64,000 nucleotides of DNA, taken from the NCBI GenBank assembly GCA_038245295.1, contig JBBRSP010000031.1:10014-74013 (forward strand), in the 5' to 3' direction. Position 1 is the stretch's first letter. The number at the start of each line of letters is the position of its first letter. Origin of the DNA: Candidatus Binatia bacterium. Lineage in GTDB: Bacteria; Desulfobacterota; Binatia; HRBIN30. The notes beneath the pieces were generated by a model that had not been told where the DNA came from, searched no databases, and worked only from the letters and a program-made list of their open reading frames with translations. The position numbers and the translations under genes were made by a program. Shown here piece by piece: positions 27,701 through 37,098 of the stretch.

Positions 27701-29153
27701 CGAGACGGCGTTTCGCACCATCGTCCAAGGCTGGATGGACGTAGTCGGCCCGACAACGGTGCCGGCGCTCGCCGAACGCCTCGGCCTCCCGGCAACCAAG
27801 ATCGAAGCAGCCCTGGCCCGCCTCGAGGGCGACGGCATTGTCCTACGCGGCCAATTCACCAACAAAACCCCCAACGCCCTACGCCCGCCGCCCGACCCTC
27901 AGGGCCTCACGGGCGACCCGCACCCCGCACCCCGCACCCCGCGCGACGCCGCGGCGAAGCCCTCGGAAGAGTGGTGCGAGCGGCGCTTGTTGGCGCGTGT
28001 GCATCGACTGACCTTGCAACGTCTGCGTAAAGAGATCGAAGCCGTGCAGCCGGCCGACTTCCTGCGTTTCCTGATGCAATGGCAGCACGTGCACCCGGGT
28101 ACACAGTTGCATGGGCGTGATGGGTTGCTGCAGGTGGTGACGCAACTGCAGGGCCTCGAGTTGCCGGCGCCGGCTTGGGAGCGCGATGTCCTGCGGGCGC
28201 GTGTTCACCAGTACAAGGAGTTCGATCTCGATCAGCTTTGTCTGTCCGGTGAAGTCGCCTGGGCGCGGCTGCGGCTGAATCTGCCGGAGGAGTTGGAAGA
28301 GGGTGCCGAACCGACACGGCGCCGCGTCATCCCAACACGTTCGGCGCCGATTGGCTTGTCGCGTCGTGAGAATCTCGGGCTGCTGCTCGAGCCGTTGGCC
28401 GCCGACACGAATCTGGACGGCGATTTGTCCGGCGCAGCGCAGCGCATCTACGAGCACCTGCAGAAACACGGCGCCAGTTTTCTTTCCGACCTGGCGCGCA
28501 CCCTGCGATTGGTCGGCGCGCAAGCCGAAGACGCGATGTGGGAATTGGTCACGCGCGGCCTCGTGACGGGTGATGGCTTCGCCGGTTTGCGGGCACTGCT
28601 GTCGCCCGAGGCCAAACCGCCGCCGGCGAGTTTTCCTCTACGCCCGTTGCGCGCCGCCCCGACTCGTCGTGCATTACCGAACGGACGCTGGGCTTTGCTG
28701 CGCAGCCAACCGGCGACCGAAACGGACGAAAGCGAAGCTGTCGAATTTTTCGCGCGTCAGATGCTGCGTCGCTGGGGTGTCGTGTTGCGCGAGCTGCTGG
28801 CGCGCGAAGGGCGCGCTCCGGCCTGGCGCCTTCTGCTGACGGTTCTGCGTCGCCTCGAGGCACGCGGCGAAATCCGCGGTGGTCGCTTCGTCGCCGGGTT
28901 TGTCGGCGAACAGTTCGCCCTGCCCGAAGCAGTCGAAGCTCTGCGTGCGGCGCGGCGACAGCAACCCGACACGCAGCCGCTTCTGGTGCACGCCTCGGAT
29001 CCCCTCAACCTGGTCGGTATCCTCACACCAGGTCCGCGCGTCGCCACCAACTCCGGCCAGGTGATCGCTTTCGAGAACGGCGTGCCGATCGACCATGGCG
29101 ACCTCGGCGCCGTCCTCACACGCCTGCGCAATCGCAACCTGGCGCGCGCATAA
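24792..29153 (+). CDS. lhr: Long-form Lhr ATP-dependent DEAH helicase
   Basis: APTGSGKT, SPLKAL, TTPES, DEIH, LSAT, LELGIDVG, QRVGRSGH; Lhr-type TSGGAIPD and C-terminal RGGRFVAGFVGEQFALP. Confidence 0.93.
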   Translation: MHTVRFHPLVADWFKARFGEPTPAQVQGWKHISTGRDTLIAAPTGSGKTLAAFLWAVNLLIERAATGTLEDRTSVVYVSPLKALANDIQKNLRQPLAELQDLAFQRGILMPEIRAAVRTGDTPTSERQAMLKHAPHILITTPESFFILLTADKSRRMLARAETIIVDEIHAVAADKRGAHLSLSLERLDALATTRLQRIGLSATQKPIEEIARLLVGTDRLILGGLPDCAIVDTGHQRKLDLRIEIADHELGPIAPLELWGDIYERIVELSREHRTTIVFVGTRRLVERVSHQLSERLGADKVAAHHGSMSRQTRLHAEEGLKSGAIPVVVATASLELGIDVGHVDLVCHIGAPRAIATFLQRVGRSGHWLGGIPKGILFPLTRDDLMQAGALIRAIRAGELDRITLPEHPLDIVAQQIVAIAACETIDEADLWQLVQRAYPFRNLTRKDFEDVLVMLSDGVSTRRGRRSAHLHRDAVNHTVKGRRGARLAAITSGGAIPDTADFDVVAEPDGIFVGKVNEDFAIESMAGDIFLLGNHSWRIRRVESGKVRVIDAEGAPPTIPFWLGESPGRTIELSAAVAELRQAVAERRNNLAEAVQWLKDECSMDDSAAAQIVAYVADTFAMLGAVPTQDTVIAERFFDEGGGMQLVIHAPFGARINRAWGLALRKRFCRSFDFELQAAATDDGMVLSLGEQHSFPLESVFAMVRLASVEEDLVQAALQAPMFGTRWRWNATRALALLRFGGGKKVPLQLQRMRSEDLLAAVFPMQLACGDNHAGGNIEPPDHPLVNETVINCLQEAMDLRGLRGILERLDSGQIRTVSVDTPAPSPMSHEILNANPYAFLDDAPLEERRARAVSLRRVDPDIASGIGSLDDAALATVREQAWPDVRDADELHDVLLSLGLLPLAELPPAWETFRQQLLTARRAATAQWNERHALVASERVEALKLAVPSVTFDPQPPALVAVEMDDETAFRTIVQGWMDVVGPTTVPALAERLGLPATKIEAALARLEGDGIVLRGQFTNKTPNALRPPPDPQGLTGDPHPAPRTPRDAAAKPSEEWCERRLLARVHRLTLQRLRKEIEAVQPADFLRFLMQWQHVHPGTQLHGRDGLLQVVTQLQGLELPAPAWERDVLRARVHQYKEFDLDQLCLSGEVAWARLRLNLPEELEEGAEPTRRRVIPTRSAPIGLSRRENLGLLLEPLAADTNLDGDLSGAAQRIYEHLQKHGASFLSDLARTLRLVGAQAEDAMWELVTRGLVTGDGFAGLRALLSPEAKPPPASFPLRPLRAAPTRRALPNGRWALLRSQPATETDESEAVEFFARQMLRRWGVVLRELLAREGRAPAWRLLLTVLRRLEARGEIRGGRFVAGFVGEQFALPEAVEALRAARRQQPDTQPLLVHASDPLNLVGILTPGPRVATNSGQVIAFENGVPIDHGDLGAVLTRLRNRNLARA

Positions 29154-29170
29154 GTCGCGGAGGCGCTTTC

Positions 29171-29195
29171 GGTAGGCGCAGGCCTCAGCCTGCGG
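29171..29195 (+). repeat. GTAG-type REP, family B
   Basis: GGTAGGCGCAGGCCTCAGCCTGCGG; near reverse-complement copy at 46728-46752. Confidence 0.7.
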
Positions 29196-29245
29196 TGTGT
29201 TCCGATGCGCTCTGGTGTGCAGAGCTGTCCTGAATCGGCAAGAGG

Positions 29246-29539
29246 CTAGGTCTCGCTGATCGGCTGCTGCAGATCGCGGACTCTGATCAGCTTCTTGTCG
29301 CGGACTTCATACTCGCCGGCGACGATCACGTCGCGAAAGTCGATGCGCAGCAGGTCGACGTAGTAGGCCAGCAGGCGGAGTTCGCCGCGGCTGCCGACGA
29401 GAGCACAACGCAGGCAGCGTGCGTCAGACGGCTTGCCGTCATGCATGACGGCGCATTCCAAGAAACCGAACGCGTCGTCCCACTCGGTTGGCGCGAAGTG
29501 GGCACGCGTGTAGGCGATGACGTCGGCGGGGATCTCCAT
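29246..29539 (-). CDS. Small hypothetical protein
   Basis: 97-aa ORF MEIPADV...IDFRDVIVAGEY with protein-like composition; start uncertain. Confidence 0.6.
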   Translation of the reverse strand: MEIPADVIAYTRAHFAPTEWDDAFGFLECAVMHDGKPSDARCLRCALVGSRGELRLLAYYVDLLRIDFRDVIVAGEYEVRDKKLIRVRDLQQPISET

Positions 29540-29746
29540 TACGTGGCCATCCATGACGCGCCAATGTGCGGGTCCCGGTGATCGCGTCGTGCAAACGGTG
29601 CGTGATCGATCAACGCCATGGTGAGGCAACTCTGCGTCGGTCGACTGCCGATTGCAAGGTTGCCGATTCCACGAGGTTGGTGGAGCGGATCATGGCGACC
29701 GTCTCGACCATGTCCAGGCTCCGCATGGTGTGGTAGGCGTCGACCC

Positions 29747-30739
29747 ATGAGCGCACCGATCGAACCGATGATCCAACTACGTGGCTGCGATGTGCGACTG
29801 CCGCTGCTTGGGCTGGGCACCTGGGCCTGGGGTGACAAATCGACGTGGGGCATGAACGACTACGATCGCAGCTACAACATCGAAACCATCCGCGGCGCCT
29901 TCCAGCGCTCGCTCGACCTCGGCGTCACACTGCTCGATACGGCCGAGGCTTATGGCGATGGCGAAAGCGAGCGCATCATCAGCCAACTGATGCGCGAGGA
30001 TCCTGAACGTGCCGCGCGCGCCGTGATTGCGACGAAGTTCATCCCGTTTCCGTGGCGTATCCCGATGGCGAAGGCTTTGCGCACGTCGCTCGAGGCGTCG
30101 CTCGAACGCCTCAAGATGCCGGCGGTGCATCTGTATCAAATCCACGGGCCGATCAGTCTGCGTTCGCCACAGACGATGGCCGATGCGCTCGCGGCGGCGG
30201 TGAAGGACGGCCTGATCAAAGCGGTGGGCGTCTCGAACTACTCGGAGAAGGAAACACGCGCCATTCATGCGGCGCTGGCCAAGCACGGTATTCCACTGGC
30301 GACCAATCAGGTGGAGTTCTCGTTGCTGCGACGCATGCCTGAATCGCTGGGTCTGCTGGCAGCCTGCCGTGAGCTCGGTGTCACGATCCTGGCCTATTCG
30401 CCGATCGGACAGGGACGTCTGACCGGCAAGTACAGCGCCAGCAACCCGCCGCCCGGCCGTCGCAATTTCTCGGCCTTCCCGATGCAAGAGATCGATCCGA
30501 TCGTCGCCGATCTACGCCGTATCGGCGACCAACACGGCAAGACACCGAGCCAGGTCGCCCTCAACTGGATCATTTGCAAAGGTTGCATCCCGATCCCCGG
30601 CGCCAAGAACGCCAAACAAGCCGAGGACAATGCCGGCGCCCTCGGTTGGCGGCTCAACGACGAAGAGGTGACGCGGCTCGATGCCCTTGCCAAGAGTGGC
30701 CAGCGCACGTTGATGCATCGGGTGTGGCAACACGGCTGA
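29747..30739 (+). CDS. Aldo/keto reductase
   Basis: LGLGTWAWG, DTAEAYG, IATKF, LYQIH, GVSNY, AYSPIGQG, IPIPGAK. Confidence 0.93.
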   Translation: MSAPIEPMIQLRGCDVRLPLLGLGTWAWGDKSTWGMNDYDRSYNIETIRGAFQRSLDLGVTLLDTAEAYGDGESERIISQLMREDPERAARAVIATKFIPFPWRIPMAKALRTSLEASLERLKMPAVHLYQIHGPISLRSPQTMADALAAAVKDGLIKAVGVSNYSEKETRAIHAALAKHGIPLATNQVEFSLLRRMPESLGLLAACRELGVTILAYSPIGQGRLTGKYSASNPPPGRRNFSAFPMQEIDPIVADLRRIGDQHGKTPSQVALNWIICKGCIPIPGAKNAKQAEDNAGALGWRLNDEEVTRLDALAKSGQRTLMHRVWQHG

Positions 30740-30747
30740 GAATTGTT

Positions 30748-30773
30748 GGGCGCGCGCCACAACGTGGCACCCA
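30748..30773 (+). repeat. REP-like palindrome, family A
   Basis: GGGCGCGCGCCACAACGTGGCACCC just after the AKR stop. Confidence 0.5.
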
Positions 30774-30786
30774 CGCCGGAGCCTGC

Positions 30787-31575
30787 ATGATCGCCCGACT
30801 CCATCATGTCGTCGCCCTGGTGGTCATCGGGCTGCCGCTCCTACCCATGCTCGCTCTCGGAGCGGAGTTGTCGCTGAAGTACGACGTCTACTACGGGCCA
30901 CTGCGTGTCGTCGCAATCGAGTCCCGCTCACAACAGGCTGACGGGCGCTTCAAGATGTCGACGCACATGCAGACGGTGGGAATGATTGGGTCGCTCTTCC
31001 CGTGGACGCTGCAGGCTGAGGCCCGCGGTTTGATGGCCGATGGGGACGTGCGATCCGAGAGCCGCGTTGTCGATTCCGTCTATCGTGGCAAGCGCCAGCA
31101 TTTCGAGGTGCGCTACTCTACCGATGGTGCCGTCGATGTGGGTTTCGATCCGGCCCCGGACACGCGCGAAAGAGAACTCGTGCCGGTGGAACTTCGACGC
31201 GACACGCTGGACCCAGACGCGGCACTGATTCATATGTTGGGCGTCCTTGTCACAGGCGGCACTTGCTCAGGCACGTTGCGGATCTTCGATGGTCGGCTGC
31301 GCTACGACCTGCAACTTGCCGAGGCCGGCAAGGCGCAAGTCGCGACCGCAGACGGGTCGATCTACAGCGGTCCGACGCGCCTGTGCGACGCCGTGGTCGA
31401 GCCGATTGCCGGTTTTCCCCTGGCGGAACGTGTGAAAGGCGATGAGCGGGCTCGGCTGCGCTACTACCTGGCACCGGTTCTCGGCGGAGCAACACTCATT
31501 CCGGCGCGTGTCGATCTCTCCGGCCCACGCGGTACGCTGAAAGCCTACCTCGTCGACGCGCAGCGCGGAGGTTGA
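30787..31575 (+). CDS. Exported DUF3108-like protein
   Basis: Signal peptide; YDVYYG, TLDP, IFDGRLRYDL motifs. Confidence 0.7.
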   Translation: MIARLHHVVALVVIGLPLLPMLALGAELSLKYDVYYGPLRVVAIESRSQQADGRFKMSTHMQTVGMIGSLFPWTLQAEARGLMADGDVRSESRVVDSVYRGKRQHFEVRYSTDGAVDVGFDPAPDTRERELVPVELRRDTLDPDAALIHMLGVLVTGGTCSGTLRIFDGRLRYDLQLAEAGKAQVATADGSIYSGPTRLCDAVVEPIAGFPLAERVKGDERARLRYYLAPVLGGATLIPARVDLSGPRGTLKAYLVDAQRGG

Positions 31576-31632
31576 GGAGGTCGTTGTGCTCCGCCTGGCG
31601 AGCCCGGCGCACCGATGCCATAACGAGGCCCT

Positions 31633-32949
31633 ATGCCGAATGCTCCCGCGGTGCCACCGCGCATCCTGCTCGCCTACGGCGCGCCGATCCTCGGCCTCGG
31701 CTTCCTGATGTTCTTCGTGCAGTTCTATTTCCTCAAGTTCGCCACCGATGTGTTGCTGCTGCCGCCCGCCACCGTCGGTGTGGTGTTTGCTGTCGCCAAG
31801 GTCTGGGATGCCATCAGCAACCCGCTCGTCGGCAGCTGGAGTGATCGGACACGCTCACGCCTGGGTCGGCGGCGGCCCTTCCTGTTCGGCTCGTTGCCGC
31901 TTTTGGTCCTCGGTTTCGTGATGTTGTGGCGTCCGCCGGAGGCGCTGAGCCCCGGACTTCTCGTCGCCTGGATGGTGGTGGGGTTGTTCCTGTTCTACGT
32001 CGCCCTGGCTCTCTACACGATTCCGCACGTCGCGCTTGGGGCAGAGATGAGCTCCGATAGCCATCAGCGCACTCGCCTGTTCGGGGCGCGCCAGATCTTC
32101 TTCACGATTGGCATGTTGTGTTCATTCGCGGCGATTCAGTCGGCGATGAATGCCGCCTCGCCGCGTGTCGCCGCCGCGGCAATTGCGATCCCCAGTGCGC
32201 TGATCGCGGTGCTGCTGCTGTCGATTACGCCGCTGGCACTGCGCGAGCCGGCGCGAGCCTGCCACGGCGGCCAAAGTATGATGGCGGGGTTTCGCGATGT
32301 CCTAGGTTCGCGCGCCGCGCGTATTCTGTTGTTCGTCTGGTTTGTCGAGAACACGGGTGTCGGCGCCGTCGGTACGCTGGCGCCCTACGTGGCACAGTAT
32401 GTTCTGCGTCGTCCCGATGTCGTTGGGATACTGCCGGCGGCGTATGTCGTGTCCGGCATCCTGACAATTCCCCTCTGGATTGGTTTGTCGCGCCGCATCG
32501 GCGCGCGCGACACCTGGCTTGCCGCCATGATTCTGGCGGCGATCGCGTTTGGCGGCATGTTGTTCGTCGGCGCCAACGACATCGTGCTGACCATTGCGCT
32601 CCTGGCGCTCGCCGGCTGCTCCATGGGTTGCGGTAGCGTTTTATCGTCCACCCTGATGGCCGAGATCATCGACATCGACGAGCGGCAGACCGGCGAGCGT
32701 AAGGAAGGCGCTTATTCGTCGGCGATGATGTTCGTGCTGCGTATCGGCATCTCGCTGGCGACAGCGGCGAGTGGCTTCGTCCTCGCCAGCGCCGGCTTTG
32801 TGCCGAATGGCGAACAGTCGGCCGCCAGCCTGATGGGTATCCGCATTCTCTTCGCCGGAATGCCGTGCGTCGGGTTCCTAGTCGGAGCGTTTTTGTTCCG
32901 GCGTTTTCCGTTGGGGAAACGCGTCGCCGCGACGGTCGCGGTCGGATGA
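31633..32949 (+). CDS. GPH (MelB-like) MFS transporter
   Basis: WDAISNPLVGSWSDRTRSRLGRRRPF and IDIDERQTGERKEGAY. Confidence 0.92.
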   Translation: MPNAPAVPPRILLAYGAPILGLGFLMFFVQFYFLKFATDVLLLPPATVGVVFAVAKVWDAISNPLVGSWSDRTRSRLGRRRPFLFGSLPLLVLGFVMLWRPPEALSPGLLVAWMVVGLFLFYVALALYTIPHVALGAEMSSDSHQRTRLFGARQIFFTIGMLCSFAAIQSAMNAASPRVAAAAIAIPSALIAVLLLSITPLALREPARACHGGQSMMAGFRDVLGSRAARILLFVWFVENTGVGAVGTLAPYVAQYVLRRPDVVGILPAAYVVSGILTIPLWIGLSRRIGARDTWLAAMILAAIAFGGMLFVGANDIVLTIALLALAGCSMGCGSVLSSTLMAEIIDIDERQTGERKEGAYSSAMMFVLRIGISLATAASGFVLASAGFVPNGEQSAASLMGIRILFAGMPCVGFLVGAFLFRRFPLGKRVAATVAVG

Positions 32950-32985
32950 TGGCTTCGGCTCCGATCTCAGGGCGACGCGCTCCGT

Positions 32986-35900
32986 TCAGGCCGCCTGCGC
33001 CGCCGTGTCGAGCGCCTTCTCCAGACGCTCGACGTCCTCCGGCGAGAGATTGAAGTACTTCGCCTCGGGATGATGCAGCACCAGCGCTGACACCGAACCT
33101 TCGGGTTCCATCATGAAACCCTCGGTGAGCGCGACGCCGATGTGTTTGGTCACTTCCAGCAAGCGGAAGAGTTGCTCCTGGTCTTCGAGACGGGGACACG
33201 CCGGGTACCCGAACGAAACGCGCACGCTGCGATACTTTGCCTTGAACAGGTCCTGCTTGGTCGTGCCGATCGGATCGGCGAAGCCCCACATCTCGCGAAT
33301 CTTTTGATGTAGCAACTCGGCGAACGCCTCGGCGCCTTCGAGGGCGAGGATCTGGAGAATGTGTGAGCGGAGATAGTCGCCTTTTTCCTTCCACTCGTCG
33401 GCCAGGGCGCGTACGCCTGGTCCGACCGTGGTGGTGAAGAGGGCGACATAATCCGGCTCGGCGGCGCTGACCGGCGCCACATAGTCCGCCAGACACAAAT
33501 GCGGCGCCTGCGCCTGGCGCCCGAACAAGAAACGCTCCTGGATAGTCTTGCCGTCGCTCGAGTAGATCAACAGCGCGTCGCCGTCGCTGCGCGCCGGGAA
33601 GAATCGGTACACGGCGCGTGCCTTGATGTCGTCGCGCTGCAACATCACTGCTTCGACGGCGTCGACTTGCTGGCGCAGCTCCTTGGCCTTGGCGTCACCG
33701 ACTGCCAGCGCCTCGTCGAACTTGCCCTTGAAGCCCAGGTGCCTTGTGTACAGCATCGACGGATTGATGAAGGGGAAGATGGCGTCGAGATCGTACGACT
33801 CGATGACATGCGGCTTGAGATCGGGCGGCCGTGGGATGCTCTTTGCCGGCTTGATGTCGGACCGTGGCACCCCGACGGCTTGATCTACGGCCTCGTAACG
33901 CTTCGGCCCCGCCGCGGCGAGTTTCTCCGTCTCGGCGATATGCCTCATCGCCATGGCGTCGCGCTTGTCGGCGTCCATGAGCTGGTTGGCGAGGTCGAGC
34001 CCGGTCATCGCGTCCTGCGCATACGCCACCAGGCCTTCGTACTCCGGCGCGATCTTGAGGCGGGTGAAGCGATTTGACAGCGCGGCCCCGCCGACCAGGA
34101 TGGGGCAGCTGATGCCCGCCGTCTTCAGATCCTGCGCCGTCACCACCATCATCTGCGCCGACTTGACCAGCAGGCCGGACAGCCCGATGGCGTCGGGCTT
34201 ATGCTCTTTGTAGGCTTTGATCAGATCGGCGGGTGGAATCTTGATGCCGAGATTGATGATCTTGAAGCCGTTGTTGCTGAGGATGATGTCGACCAGATTC
34301 TTGCCGATGTCGTGGACGTCACCCTTCACGGTGGCGAGCACGATCGTGCCCTTGGTCGACGTCTCGGTCTTCTCCATGTGCGGTTCGAGATGCCCGACCG
34401 CCGCTTTCATCGCTTCGGCCGACTGCAACACTTCGGCAACGATCATTTCGTTCTTGCCGAACAGACGGCCGACTTCGTCCATGCCGACCATCAACGGACC
34501 GTTGACGATTTCCAATGGCCGCCGCGTTTGCAGTGCCTCGTCGAGGTCGATGTACAGCCCGTCCTTCGAGCCTTCGACGATGTATCTTGCCAGACGTTCG
34601 TCGAGTGGGATGTCCTTGTTGCGCTCGACCTTGGCGCGCGGTGTCTTACTGCGGAAATGATTGGAGAATGAGGCGATCGGATCATCGCCGCGCCACCAGA
34701 TGAGATCTTCGGCGAGACGCCGCTCTTCTTCGGGAATTGACGGATAGCGCTCGAGTTTCTCGGAGTTCACCAGCGCCATGTCGAGGCCCGCCTGTACGCA
34801 GTGGTACAGGAAGACCGAGTTCAGCACCTCACGCCCGGCCGGCGGTAGACCGAACGAAACGTTGGAGATGCCGAGGACCGTCTTGCAGTTCGGCAGTGCT
34901 TCCTTGATCAGGCGAATCCCTTCGATCGTCTCGACGCCGGCACCGATGTAGTTCTTGTCGCCGGTGCCAACCGGGAACACGAGCGCATCGAAGAAGAGAT
35001 CTTCTTCGGGAATGCCGTACTTCGTCGTCAACAGGTCGCGTGAGCGCAGGGCGATCTCGAGCTTGCGCTCGCGCGTGATCGCTTGAGCCTGCTGCTTGTC
35101 TTCATCGATACAGCCGACAACCAACGCGGCACCGAAGTCGCGCGCCATCGGACAAACCCGTTCGAAGCGATCCTCGCCATCTTCGAGGTTGACGGAGTTG
35201 ATGATCGACTTGCCCTGCGTCAGCTTGAGCGACTCCTCGATGACATGGGCGTCGGTGGAGTCGATCATGACCGGGACTTTGATTTTCTTGACCTGGACCT
35301 CGAGGAACGAGGTGACGTCTTCGAGCTCGTTGCGGTCGGGATCCTGCAAGCAGACGTCGATGACGTGGGCACCCTTGCGCACCTGCGCGCGGCCCACCTC
35401 GGCGGCTTGATCGATCTCGCCGGCGGCAATCAGGTCCTTGAACTTGCGGCTGCCCAGAACGTTGGTGCGTTCGCCGACAATCACCGGCCGGGTATCCTGA
35501 TCGATGACCAGGGCCTCGACGCCCGAGACAATCGATCGCCGCACGTTGACGGCCTGGCGCGGCTTGTAGCGGCGCGCCTCTTCGGCAATCAGCCGAATGT
35601 GTTCGTTGGTGGTGCCGCAGCAACCGCCGACGATGTTGATCCAACCGTTGGCGCAGAAGCGACCGATCTTCTCGGCCAGCATCGGCGGCAGCTCGTTGTA
35701 ATTGCCGTCTTCGTCCGGCAGGCCGGCGTTGGGGAAGATCGAAATCGGAAAGCGCGAGATTTCGGCGAGCGTGCGGATATGGTCGGTCATGAAGTCCGGC
35801 CCGGTGGCGCAGTTCATGCCGATGGCGAACAAATCGCGATGCGCCACGGAGACGTAGAGCGACTCGATTGACTGGCCGGCCAGCATGGTGCCCATGACCT

Positions 35901-36501
35901 CGATCGATACAGAAAGTACGACGGGTACCGAGCGCCCGAGCTTGGTGAATGCGTCGTTTATGCCGAAGAGTGTCGCCTTGACGTTGAGAGTGTCCTGTTG
36001 GGTTTCGACGAAGAGGATGTCGCTGCCGCCTTCCACGAGACCGCGCGTCTGTTCTTCGAACGCCGAGCGTACCGCGTCGAAGGTGATGCCGCCGGTGACC
36101 GAGATGGACTTCGTTCCCGGGCCCATCGAGCCGGCGACGAAACGTATCCGCCCCGGTTCGGTGAACTCATCGGCAACCTTGCGCGCCAGCCGCGCCGCCT
36201 CGTGATTGAGCTCGTATGCCTTCTCCGGAATGCCAAACTCGGCGAGCACGATGCGTGTGCCGCCAAAAGTGTCGGTTTCCACCAGGTCGGCGCCGGCTTC
36301 GAAGTAGCCGCGGTGCACGCTCTCGATCACATCGGGGCGCGTGAAGACGAGGTTCTCGCCGCAATTCTCGAACTGCGGGCCGCCGTAATCGTCGATCGAC
36401 AGCTCGTGGGCGTGGATCGCGGTGCCCATGGCGCCGTCGAGGATGAGAATACGTTCACTCAAGGCGCGGCGTAGCGCGCGGTTTCGCTCGTCGGGTGACA
36501 T
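32986..36501 (-). CDS. metH: Cobalamin-dependent methionine synthase
   Basis: LDGAMGT, NCATGP, GGCCGTT, pterin-binding domain, GDVHDIGKN, activation domain SFGYPACP. Confidence 0.97.
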   Translation of the reverse strand: MSPDERNRALRRALSERILILDGAMGTAIHAHELSIDDYGGPQFENCGENLVFTRPDVIESVHRGYFEAGADLVETDTFGGTRIVLAEFGIPEKAYELNHEAARLARKVADEFTEPGRIRFVAGSMGPGTKSISVTGGITFDAVRSAFEEQTRGLVEGGSDILFVETQQDTLNVKATLFGINDAFTKLGRSVPVVLSVSIEVMGTMLAGQSIESLYVSVAHRDLFAIGMNCATGPDFMTDHIRTLAEISRFPISIFPNAGLPDEDGNYNELPPMLAEKIGRFCANGWINIVGGCCGTTNEHIRLIAEEARRYKPRQAVNVRRSIVSGVEALVIDQDTRPVIVGERTNVLGSRKFKDLIAAGEIDQAAEVGRAQVRKGAHVIDVCLQDPDRNELEDVTSFLEVQVKKIKVPVMIDSTDAHVIEESLKLTQGKSIINSVNLEDGEDRFERVCPMARDFGAALVVGCIDEDKQQAQAITRERKLEIALRSRDLLTTKYGIPEEDLFFDALVFPVGTGDKNYIGAGVETIEGIRLIKEALPNCKTVLGISNVSFGLPPAGREVLNSVFLYHCVQAGLDMALVNSEKLERYPSIPEEERRLAEDLIWWRGDDPIASFSNHFRSKTPRAKVERNKDIPLDERLARYIVEGSKDGLYIDLDEALQTRRPLEIVNGPLMVGMDEVGRLFGKNEMIVAEVLQSAEAMKAAVGHLEPHMEKTETSTKGTIVLATVKGDVHDIGKNLVDIILSNNGFKIINLGIKIPPADLIKAYKEHKPDAIGLSGLLVKSAQMMVVTAQDLKTAGISCPILVGGAALSNRFTRLKIAPEYEGLVAYAQDAMTGLDLANQLMDADKRDAMAMRHIAETEKLAAAGPKRYEAVDQAVGVPRSDIKPAKSIPRPPDLKPHVIESYDLDAIFPFINPSMLYTRHLGFKGKFDEALAVGDAKAKELRQQVDAVEAVMLQRDDIKARAVYRFFPARSDGDALLIYSSDGKTIQERFLFGRQAQAPHLCLADYVAPVSAAEPDYVALFTTTVGPGVRALADEWKEKGDYLRSHILQILALEGAEAFAELLHQKIREMWGFADPIGTTKQDLFKAKYRSVRVSFGYPACPRLEDQEQLFRLLEVTKHIGVALTEGFMMEPEGSVSALVLHHPEAKYFNLSPEDVERLEKALDTAAQAA

Positions 36502-36621
36502 TGGACCTGCGTGTCTAGCGCAGGCGGCGCCTCAATTCCAAGCCGTTCCACGCTTGTGGCTGCAGTGCATGTATGGATCGCAGGTATCGCCGTAGCTCTG
36601 TGCTCCGAGTAGCCCGAAGGC

Positions 36622-37059
36622 ATGAACAGAATCGTCGCCGGATTACACCGGCAGTGGGGAGTTGCACGTGTATTGTTGTTCGTCCTCGTTCACTCTTCAG
36701 CCATCACTCTTCACCCTTCCGCCGCGCTCGCCGAGCCGGCGGAGCCGCGCCCCCTCGAACATCAACTGGACGGGCTGAGCGAGCGGGTGCATCAACTCGC
36801 GGCGGTTGTGCGCGACCAATGCGCCGGTGTGCCGATGCAAGATGAACGCATCGACGATGTTTGGGAGCAGCTGGTCGATTTGCGCAACGAGACGGAGAAT
36901 CACCGGCGCAAGGTCAGCCAGCTACTGCGCGCGGTAGCCGCCTTGGCCACGGCCATCGGGACACTCGGTGGTGTTCTCTGGTATCGTCAGCGTCGGACGG
37001 ACGGTCGGGTTCGGGTCATCCGGTTGGCCGAAAACCATCGAAGAACGATCGAGCTGTGA
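36622..37059 (+). CDS. Hypothetical coiled-coil membrane protein
   Basis: N-terminal hydrophobic stretch, heptad-rich middle, C-terminal TM followed by RQRR. Confidence 0.55.
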   Translation: MNRIVAGLHRQWGVARVLLFVLVHSSAITLHPSAALAEPAEPRPLEHQLDGLSERVHQLAAVVRDQCAGVPMQDERIDDVWEQLVDLRNETENHRRKVSQLLRAVAALATAIGTLGGVLWYRQRRTDGRVRVIRLAENHRRTIEL

Positions 37060-37066
37060 CCAAGGC

Positions 37067-37094
37067 TCGTATAGGTCCCATGGGACCCATACGA
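37067..37094. repeat. Near-perfect palindrome with 9-bp periodicity between convergent genes
   Basis: TCGTATAGGTCCCA-TGGGACCCATACGA; related sequence at 44265-44303. Confidence 0.65.
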
Positions 37095-37098
37095 CGTA

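Noticed and set aside
36502..36621. SAM, SAH or cobalamin riboswitch upstream of metH
   Set aside because: The spacer is ~120 bp and no conserved aptamer motif was recognisable on the minus strand.
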